Positions 25,540 to 32,000 of a stretch of DNA of 32,000 nt are shown here, one piece after another. The DNA lies in assembly GCA_045617125.1 (NCBI GenBank), contig JAZLIA010000042.1, forward strand, positions 21,627 through 53,626, written 5' to 3'. The notes beneath the pieces were generated by a model. It did not search any database and had not been told where the DNA came from. It saw only the letters and a list, made by a program, of their open reading frames with translations. Both the position numbers and the translations under genes were made by a program. The DNA comes from Clostridia bacterium. Its GTDB lineage: Bacteria; Bacillota; Clostridia; Christensenellales; Aristaeellaceae. The stretch's first letter is position 1; each line of letters opens with the position of its first letter.

Positions 25540-25556
25540 ATGTCATCGGATAAGGG

Positions 25557-26792
25557 ATGAATGTTATGAAAAAATGGAGTTGTTTCTTTGCTTTGGCAGT
25601 GATATTTGCACTGTTTTGTTTGGGCAGCGTCATGGCGGAGGAGGCCAGAGATATAACCGCGGAATGTAAAGTTACTGCAACAGCAGGAAAATTCAAGATC
25701 ACCCGGGTTTATGACCGTGACCTTACGACCTATTGGACAAGTTCAAAGGAAAAAGTCAGCTACATTCAAATGACGGCGCCAAAGGGAAAAATGCTGTGGC
25801 ATCTTTATGTATGCTTCTGGGATGAACTGGATGCGTGGCGTATTCAGGTGCTGCAAAACGGAAACTGGGTGGATTATGAAGAGCATTCCGCACGTTATGC
25901 GCATGAGTACATTTATCTGGGCGGTGTTGAAGGCGTGCGAGTGTGTTCAAGAAGCGATAAAAGAGCCGTACTCAGCGTGAATGAGATCTATGCATTTTCT
26001 GAAGGAGATGTGCCGGAATGGGTGCAAAGATGGAGCGATCCGCCGAAAAAAGTCGATATGATGCTTCTTTCAGCGCATCCGGATGATGAGATTCTGTTTT
26101 TCGGGGGCACGCTTCCCCGTTATGCCGGCGAGGAAAATAAGGATATTCTGGTTGCCTATATGACATGTGGAACCTATGCAAGACGAAGTGAGCTGCTCAA
26201 TGGGCTCTGGACCTGTGGGGTACGCATTTATCCTTCCATAGGAACTTTCTGGGATAAGTATTCCAAGAAACTGGATACAGCCTATGATGCATGGGGAAAA
26301 ACCAAGACATGGACTTACGTGACCGAGCTTATCAGAAAATATAAGCCGGATATCCTGCTTACCCATGATGTGAACGGAGAGTATGGTCATGGTGCACATC
26401 GTGTATGTGCGGATGCCGCACTGCGATGTGTAACTTATGCCGCTGATAATGGGAAGTATCCTGACTCTGCAGAAAAGTATGGAAGCTGGCAGGTGAAGAA
26501 GCTGTATATTCATCTTTATGAGCAGGGAAAGATCGATATGGATTGGGATATTCCGCTGAGTGCCTTTGACGGCCTTACCGGCTATCAGGTGGCAGTGAAC
26601 GCCTATAAAGAGCATGTGACACAGCAAAGTGCCGGGCAAAAGAACCCTGCGACCGGTAAATATGAACCTTTCATTGTGGAACCTGCCGAATCTGATTACA
26701 GCTGCTATCAATTTGGTCTAGCCTATACCGCAGTGGGCGAGGATGTGCTGAAGAACGATTTTTTTGAGAATATCGACAATGAAGCGAGATAA
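25557..26792 (+). CDS. Exported PIG-L/LmbE-family deacetylase with an N-terminal discoidin-like (F5/8 type C-like) domain
   Basis: Signal peptide or anchor MNVMKKWSCFFALAVIFALFCLGSVMA. aa 30-150 form a beta-rich domain with TTYWTS..YIQM.., WRIQV, and a NEIYAF ending. PIG-L zinc motif LLSAHPDDEILFFGG (AHPDDE at nt 26073-26090) and a downstream GHGAH. An alternative start is the ATG at 25566. Confidence 0.8.
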   Translation: MNVMKKWSCFFALAVIFALFCLGSVMAEEARDITAECKVTATAGKFKITRVYDRDLTTYWTSSKEKVSYIQMTAPKGKMLWHLYVCFWDELDAWRIQVLQNGNWVDYEEHSARYAHEYIYLGGVEGVRVCSRSDKRAVLSVNEIYAFSEGDVPEWVQRWSDPPKKVDMMLLSAHPDDEILFFGGTLPRYAGEENKDILVAYMTCGTYARRSELLNGLWTCGVRIYPSIGTFWDKYSKKLDTAYDAWGKTKTWTYVTELIRKYKPDILLTHDVNGEYGHGAHRVCADAALRCVTYAADNGKYPDSAEKYGSWQVKKLYIHLYEQGKIDMDWDIPLSAFDGLTGYQVAVNAYKEHVTQQSAGQKNPATGKYEPFIVEPAESDYSCYQFGLAYTAVGEDVLKNDFFENIDNEAR

Positions 26793-26815
26793 AAAAGAGG
26801 GGAGCGTGTCAAAAG

Positions 26816-27853
26816 ATGCAGGGAATGCAGCAGCACAGACTGGTTGCCGGGCCGCTTCTGGACGAAAGGGGAAACCTGATCGAAAAAGGCTATGCGACGA
26901 GGCTTGTGAAGGAGTATAACCGAAGCAGGATCCGCGCCTCTGCACTCAGGATCAAGGAATGGGATTATTATCTTATTTCGTCCGATTGTTATGCGCTCGC
27001 GCTGACGATTGCGGATAACGGCTATATGGGAATGGACAGCATTTCCCTTATTGAACTGGATAACAACAAACAAACGACTGTTACAAAGATCGTTCCTTTT
27101 ACGTTCGGAAGAAGACATTTGCCAAAGACCAGTGAGGCCGGGGATATTCGTGTTTGCGGCAAGGGATACGAGATGAACTTTGAAAATGACGGAAAGAAAA
27201 GACGTCTATTTGGTCATATGAATGCATTCTGTGAAGGGAAGGACCTGATATTTGACGTAACACTGTTTGATCTGCCAAAGGACAGCATGGTGATCGCGAC
27301 TCCCTTTGATAAACCCGGTCATTTCTATTACAACCAGAAGATCAACTGTATCCGCGCAGAAGGCAAGGTTTGCCTGGGAGAGGAGTGTCTTCTGTTTGCA
27401 CCCGCACATTCCTATGCGGTTCTTGACTGGGGAAGAGGCGTTTGGACCTACAAAAATATGTGGTATTGGGGCTCGTGTTCTTCGATCCATCAGGGAAAAC
27501 GGTTTGGCTTTAACATTGGTTATGGCTTTGGCAATACTTCTGCCGCTACTGAAAACATGCTGTTTTATGATGGAAAGGCCCATAAGCTGTCACAGATTAC
27601 CTTTCATATTCCGAAAAAGAATGGAGAAGAAGATTATCTGTCTCCCTGGACCTTCACAAGTGATGACGGACGGTTTGAGATGAAATTCATCCCTGTTCTG
27701 GACCGTGCAGCGAAAATGGATTTTTTGCTGCTGGGTTCAGATCAGCATCAGGTGTTCGGACGCTTTTCCGGAAAGGCTGTGCTGGATGACGGGAAGGTAC
27801 TTGAGGTGAAAGAGCTGCCGGGGTTTGCTGAGAAAGTGTATAACAAATGGTAA
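26816..27853 (+). CDS. DUF2804-family protein
   Basis: The N-terminal pattern LLDERGNLIEKGYA..LRIKEWDYYLI and TIADNGYMG matches what I recall for DUF2804. This is recognition only and is not verified. Confidence 0.55.
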   Translation: MQGMQQHRLVAGPLLDERGNLIEKGYATRLVKEYNRSRIRASALRIKEWDYYLISSDCYALALTIADNGYMGMDSISLIELDNNKQTTVTKIVPFTFGRRHLPKTSEAGDIRVCGKGYEMNFENDGKKRRLFGHMNAFCEGKDLIFDVTLFDLPKDSMVIATPFDKPGHFYYNQKINCIRAEGKVCLGEECLLFAPAHSYAVLDWGRGVWTYKNMWYWGSCSSIHQGKRFGFNIGYGFGNTSAATENMLFYDGKAHKLSQITFHIPKKNGEEDYLSPWTFTSDDGRFEMKFIPVLDRAAKMDFLLLGSDQHQVFGRFSGKAVLDDGKVLEVKELPGFAEKVYNKW

Positions 27854-27869
27854 ACAGATTCTAAAAATC

Positions 27870-27907
27870 AAAACGTTCGCATGCCAAAAAACATGCGGGC
27901 GTTTTTT
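27870..27907. terminator. Bidirectional rho-independent terminator between DUF2804 (+) and asnS (-)
   Basis: A 14-bp stem with two G-U pairs: aaaacgttcgcatg (27870-27883) pairs with catgcgggcgtttt (27892-27905) across an 8-nt loop. T-tract on the + strand and A-tract upstream. Confidence 0.65.
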
Positions 27908-27920
27908 AGAAACTTTGAAA

Positions 27921-29318
27921 TCAATAAATATGCTTGTAGGTACGTGGGAACTGAAGCACATCGCGGATGTTTCCGATGCCGGTCACATACATTGTGAGAC
28001 GATCAAAGCCGAGGCCAAAACCGGAATGCTCAACAGAACCGTATTTACGGGTATCCAGATAGTTTCTGTAGTTTTCAAGAGGCATTCCGCGTTCAACCAT
28101 GACGCGGGTGAGCTTTTCAAGATCCGTCTCTCTTTCACTGCAGCCGATGATCTCACCAATACCGGGAACCAGCAGGTCAGTGGCGGCCACAGTTTTCCCG
28201 TCCGGATTTTGTTTCATGTAAAAGGATTTGATCTCCTTGGGATAGTTGATCAGAAACACGGGCTTTTTGAAATACACATCCGTGAGATATCTTTCATGCT
28301 CGCTCTGCAGGTCGCAGCCCCAATTGACGGGATATTCAAATTTCTGTCCGCTTTTCTGGAGAATGTCGATGGCATCCGTATAATCCAGCTTGGCAAAATC
28401 GCTGTTGACAACATTGCTCAGCTTATCAAGAAGTCCTTTTTCGAGAAATTTGTCACAGAAGGCCAGTTCATCCTGGCAATGCTCCATCACGTAACGAATA
28501 ATGTACTTGATGAAATCTTCAGCAATTTCGATAATATCGTGAATGTCGGCAAAGCATACTTCGGGTTCTACGTGCCAGAATTCAGCAACGTGACGGGTGG
28601 TGCCGCTCTTTTCCGCACGGAAGGTGGGGCCAAAGGTATAGATCCTTCCCATGCCTCCTACTGCAGCCATCTCACCTTCAAGCTGGCAGCTCACGCTGAG
28701 ACCGGCTTTTTTTCCGAAGAAATCAGCATCGTAGTATTCCTGTTCTGTTTTCTGCGGCGCATTCCAGGGCTGAGTGGTGATGCGGAACATTTCACCTGCC
28801 CCCTCACAGTCACTGTCGGTGATGATGGGAGTGTGAATGTAGGTGTAGCCGTTCATGTGGAAGTACTGATGAACCGCAAAAGCCAATGCGGAGCGAACGG
28901 ACATGCAGGCTTTCATTTTGTTGGTACGGGAACGAAGATGGGGAATGGTACGAAGGAATTCGTCACTGGCCCGCTTTTTCTGAAGGGGATAATCGGCAGG
29001 GCAATCGCCGAGAAGCTGAAGATCGGTGGTTTCCAGTTCCACGATATTTCTTTCGGAAGCAACAATGATACCGGTCGCTTTCAGAGAAGCACCAAGGGTC
29101 ATAAGAGGACGGATCCGGTCCCGGAATTCATCCTCGGTCATCTTTTCCTGATGAATGGTCAATTGCAGGTTTTGCGTGACAGTAGTGCCATCGTTCAGCT
29201 GAATGAAAGCCATGGGCTTTACCTCGGCACTTGTGCGGACCCAGCCGCAAACCGTGATCTGCTGACCGATGTACTTTTCAGGTTCTGAAAAAATGGCTTT
29301 GATATCTGTATGCTTCAT
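27921..29318 (-). CDS. asnS: Asparagine--tRNA ligase
   Basis: GGAGG RBS 5 nt upstream. N-terminal OB domain (ITVCGWVRTS). Class II motif 2 GPTFRAEKS and motif 3 GFGLGFDRL. The length of 465 aa is typical for AsnRS. Confidence 0.92.
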   Translation of the reverse strand: MKHTDIKAIFSEPEKYIGQQITVCGWVRTSAEVKPMAFIQLNDGTTVTQNLQLTIHQEKMTEDEFRDRIRPLMTLGASLKATGIIVASERNIVELETTDLQLLGDCPADYPLQKKRASDEFLRTIPHLRSRTNKMKACMSVRSALAFAVHQYFHMNGYTYIHTPIITDSDCEGAGEMFRITTQPWNAPQKTEQEYYDADFFGKKAGLSVSCQLEGEMAAVGGMGRIYTFGPTFRAEKSGTTRHVAEFWHVEPEVCFADIHDIIEIAEDFIKYIIRYVMEHCQDELAFCDKFLEKGLLDKLSNVVNSDFAKLDYTDAIDILQKSGQKFEYPVNWGCDLQSEHERYLTDVYFKKPVFLINYPKEIKSFYMKQNPDGKTVAATDLLVPGIGEIIGCSERETDLEKLTRVMVERGMPLENYRNYLDTRKYGSVEHSGFGLGFDRLTMYVTGIGNIRDVLQFPRTYKHIY

Positions 29319-29358
29319 ATGATCCTCCCAAGCGTTTTACGCTGATTTTTGGTATTTA

Positions 29359-30303
29359 TCAGGCACCAAGCATGGCTGCGCCGATGATGCCGGCTTCATT
29401 TCCAAGCTTTGCAAGACAAATCTGAGGGTAGGGAAGGGCTTTATAGAGTAACATCCCCGGAACAAGCTCTTTGACCCGATCAAGAAGAAAACTGCCGGCA
29501 TGGCTGATGCCGCCGCCAAGAATGACCATTTCCGGATCCAGCGTGTGCGTGATGTTTGCAATGGAATAGGCAAGGTAATGGCAGTAATCGTCAAACACTT
29601 TTACAGCAACCGGATCGCCTTCTTTTGCCGAATCGATCACGAGCTTTGCACTGATCCTTTCAGGATTTCCACCGGTTTTCTGAAGGATGGTAGTTTCGGA
29701 TGTGAGCGCACAAGCTTCCTTTGCCATACGGATGATCGCGGTCGCGCTGCAATACCGCTCCAAACAACCCCGGTTTCCGCAGGAACATGGAACGCCGCCG
29801 GCCACCAGCAGGGTGTGACCCAATTCACCGGCAACACCGTGAAAACCGCTGTAGGGCCTACCGTTGAGGATGATGCCGGAACCGACCCCTGTACCCAGGG
29901 TGAGGAAAACGCTGCTTACCGTGTTTTTGCTTACACCGGCAACATACTCGGCATATCCTGCTACCGTGGCATCGTTGTCAATGAATACCGGTTTATTATA
30001 ATACTTTTTCAGTTCTGCTCCAAGAGGAATATCCTTCCATCCAAGATTGGTGCAGAAGATCACTTTTTCTTCCTTTGCATCTGCGAGACCGGGAATACCT
30101 ACGCCAATAGAGCTGATATCTGATTCTGTGAGGGAAAGCTTTTCCAGTATACGGCTGATACAGAAAGCCATGTCTTTCACGATGCTTTGATAAGGCCTGG
30201 ATGCAAGTGTTTTTACGGAATAGGTTGCCAGGATCTCGCCGGAAGGATTGACAGCGCCTGCGGCGATGTTGGTGCCTCCAAGATCAATACCGATATAGAT
30301 CAT
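29359..30303 (-). CDS. glcK: ROK-family glucokinase
   Basis: MIYIGIDLGGTNIAAGAV ATP-binding motif. ROK zinc motif GELGHT..CSCGNRGCLERY. Confidence 0.88.
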   Translation of the reverse strand: MIYIGIDLGGTNIAAGAVNPSGEILATYSVKTLASRPYQSIVKDMAFCISRILEKLSLTESDISSIGVGIPGLADAKEEKVIFCTNLGWKDIPLGAELKKYYNKPVFIDNDATVAGYAEYVAGVSKNTVSSVFLTLGTGVGSGIILNGRPYSGFHGVAGELGHTLLVAGGVPCSCGNRGCLERYCSATAIIRMAKEACALTSETTILQKTGGNPERISAKLVIDSAKEGDPVAVKVFDDYCHYLAYSIANITHTLDPEMVILGGGISHAGSFLLDRVKELVPGMLLYKALPYPQICLAKLGNEAGIIGAAMLGA

Positions 30304-30343
30304 AATGAAGAACCTCCATATAAATCAAACCAAACATATTGGT

Positions 30344-31264
30344 TCAGTTCTTTTTGCTCTGCATCATCTCGGTGAGCCGACGGTCCAGTTCCTGAGCAGC
30401 GGAATAACCCATTTGCTTCAGACTGAAATTACGGGCGGCTACTTCAACGATCACAGCCAGATTGCGTCCGGGACGGACAGGCATTACGATCTGCGGGATG
30501 CGTACATCCATGATGGTGGTAAAATCCTCTGTAAGACCGAGACGGTCGTAGGTCTTTTGCTCCTTCCATGGTTCAAGATGGATCACCAGATCGATCGACC
30601 GGGATGTCATGACCGCGCTGATGCCATACATGGCTTTGATATCAATAATCCCGATGCCGCGTATCTCCATAAAGTGACGGATATTTTCAGGACTTTGCCC
30701 TACAAGACGGGTATCGGTCACTTTACAGATCTCTACAGCATCGTCTGCCACGAGCTGATGGCCGCGCTTTACCAGTTCGAGAGCCGTTTCGCTTTTGCCG
30801 ACCCCGCTTTCGCCCGTGATCAGCACTCCAACTCCGTAAACATCGACCAGCACACCGTGCATGGTGGAACGGGGCGCAAGCTCATGACCCAGATAGTTGA
30901 TCGCGCGAACGAAAAAACGGGTCGTTACCAGTTCTGTAGACAGTACAGGCACATGGTTCAGTTCTGCCAGCTCAAGCAATTCATCCGGGGCATGCAGGCC
31001 GCGGCAGATGATGATGCATGGCATGTCATAGGAGAAGAATTCCCTGAGCCGTTCACTTCTCGTTTCATCGGAAAGAGAATCAAGATAGGCCATTTCCACC
31101 TTTCCGATCACCTGAGGACGTTCATGGGCAAAATAATCGAAATAGCCAACAAACTGCAGGCCGGGCCGGTTCAGCTCTGCCGAACGGATATCCCATTCAG
31201 CGGAATAGGAGTGAGTCAGGACAGTCAGATCCAGTGACTTGATAAATTTATCCGCGTTAATCAC
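30344..31264 (-). CDS. hprK: HPr kinase/phosphorylase
   Basis: GTG start with a GAGGTGG RBS. Walker A ITGESGVGKSETALEL. LVADD and EIRGIGIIDI signature motifs. Confidence 0.93.
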   Translation of the reverse strand: MINADKFIKSLDLTVLTHSYSAEWDIRSAELNRPGLQFVGYFDYFAHERPQVIGKVEMAYLDSLSDETRSERLREFFSYDMPCIIICRGLHAPDELLELAELNHVPVLSTELVTTRFFVRAINYLGHELAPRSTMHGVLVDVYGVGVLITGESGVGKSETALELVKRGHQLVADDAVEICKVTDTRLVGQSPENIRHFMEIRGIGIIDIKAMYGISAVMTSRSIDLVIHLEPWKEQKTYDRLGLTEDFTTIMDVRIPQIVMPVRPGRNLAVIVEVAARNFSLKQMGYSAAQELDRRLTEMMQSKKN

Positions 31265-31293
31265 AAAACCACCTCGTATAAAGGATCAACGGT

Positions 31294-31322
31294 ATTATAA
31301 CCCCGGAATACCCCGAAAACAA
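31294..31322 (-). promoter_or_regulatory. Candidate sigma-A-type promoter for hprK-glcK-asnS
   Basis: On the minus strand: TTGTTT (31322-31317), a 17-nt spacer, then TATAAT (31299-31294). It lies about 30 nt upstream of the GTG start. Confidence 0.4.
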
Positions 31323-31358
31323 TCATTCGTTGTTAGAGAAAAATGGAAAAATCGGGAT

Positions 31359-32000
31359 TTATTCCTTTGCCGGAGCGGGAACAAACGGCTGAAGAGCGTA
31401 TCCGTCTGTCAGTTCTGCATTAAGAAATGTGCGGGGCATTGTATCGGTCTTAATCAGCTTCATGATCTTTTCAGCATCCTTGCTGCCGGCAGGGAAAGGC
31501 TGATAATTGCTCTTCTCGTTGATTTCAGCGGCGGAGCAGTAAGGATAGATCCGCATCTGATGACCGAGATAGGTGCCGTCTTCTGCAAAAGAAAAGCTGA
31601 AACGATAAACTGCGGAATATCGCGCGGAGGAACGGTCGGTTTCCTTGATCACATGATTTCCGCCGAAGCAGAAGTTACCGAGAGAATAAACAATGGTTCC
31701 AAGATCGCTGATCTCAATGCCCTGAAGAACATGGGGATGATTTCCGATCACGATGTCGCAGCCATATTGAAGATAATTCCGGGCGAATTTTTCCTGACTG
31801 ATATCATGGATGGGATCGTACTCCACGCCTCCGTGCAGACAGGCAATAATCAGGTTGCATCCGGCGTTTTTTAATTCTTCCACCTGTGCACGGTGCCTGG
31901 AAGTTTCAACCCAGTAGCTGGAGATCCACGCAGCGACAAAACCGATGCGTATGCCATCCTTTTCGTAGATCCATGTGCTGCTGATGGAATTGAAATCCGT
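31359..32000 (-). CDS. CapA/PGA_cap-family metallophosphoesterase-like protein (5' end outside the window)
   Basis: The frame stays open from 31883 to the window edge; my hand translation of the extension reads ..IRIGFVAAWISSYWVETSRHRAQVEELKNAG... Motifs IACLHGGVEY and DIVIGNHPHVLQGIE are typical of CapA-like proteins. Confidence 0.78.
   Translation of the reverse strand, partial: TDFNSISSTWIYEKDGIRIGFVAAWISSYWVETSRHRAQVEELKNAGCNLIIACLHGGVEYDPIHDISQEKFARNYLQYGCDIVIGNHPHVLQGIEISDLGTIVYSLGNFCFGGNHVIKETDRSSARYSAVYRFSFSFAEDGTYLGHQMRIYPYCSAAEINEKSNYQPFPAGSKDAEKIMKLIKTDTMPRTFLNAELTDGYALQPFVPAPAKE

Noticed and set aside
27825-29288. A 487-aa ORF on the plus strand is antisense to the entire asnS gene. 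It is tempting in light of sense/antisense aaRS origin hypotheses.
   Set aside because: It is in codon register with asnS; (27921-27825) is divisible by 3. I see no RBS or promoter, and its 5' part runs across the bidirectional terminator. The explanation is the same TTA/CTA/TCA avoidance.
29319-29358. I looked for a T-box leader or riboswitch upstream of asnS.
   Set aside because: Only 40 nt separate the glcK stop from the asnS start, which is far too short for a T-box of about 200 nt or more. asnS appears to be co-transcribed with hprK-glcK.
30305-31237. A 310-aa plus-strand ORF is antisense to hprK.
   Set aside because: It is in codon register with hprK; (30344-30305) is divisible by 3. 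It has no recognisable motifs. It is a shadow ORF.
1-32000. I searched for CRISPR arrays, tRNA/rRNA genes, transposases or integrases, toxin-antitoxin pairs and known defence-system hallmarks.
   Set aside because: I saw no regularly spaced direct repeats and no cloverleaf-like or rRNA-like segments. The largest non-coding gap is 289 bp. No ORF has recombinase, nuclease or defence-type motifs. Visual scanning could miss short or degenerate elements.

Overview
This 32-kb chromosomal window is most likely from a Clostridia-class Firmicute. That is an inference from gene order, the ispH-rpsA fusion, GGAGG-type RBSs and mid-range GC; no database search was possible. All family calls rest on motifs read by eye in the supplied translations.

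Three conserved housekeeping blocks are present:
- comM-dprA-topA-trmFO-hslV-hslU (3.2-11.3 kb, + strand)
- cmk-plsC-ispH/rpsA fusion (22.1-25.5 kb, + strand)
- hprK-glcK-asnS (27.9-31.3 kb, - strand), preceded by a partial capA-like gene

Between and around them lie cell-envelope accessory genes:
- a 5'-partial fusion of two GT-C glycosyltransferase modules (DUF2029-like plus GT39/PMT)
- a 1073-aa secreted protein with nine SH3b repeats, two PG_binding_1 domains and a possible YkuD-like C-terminal domain
- a secreted protein with a chagasin-like domain and three Big_2 domains
- an exported PIG-L deacetylase with a discoidin-like domain
- a DUF2804 protein

The best candidate for an undescribed system is the three-gene cluster at 17.3-22.0 kb. 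It encodes a membrane-anchored, predicted extracytoplasmic CotH-type atypical kinase with three lamin-tail domains, then a DUF4956 polytopic membrane protein, then a VTC/triphosphate-tunnel (polyphosphate-polymerase-like) protein. The last two genes are 2 nt apart.

I found no tRNA or rRNA genes, CRISPR arrays, transposases or integrases. The many long antisense ORFs are all in codon register with the real genes, and I reject them as codon-usage artefacts.
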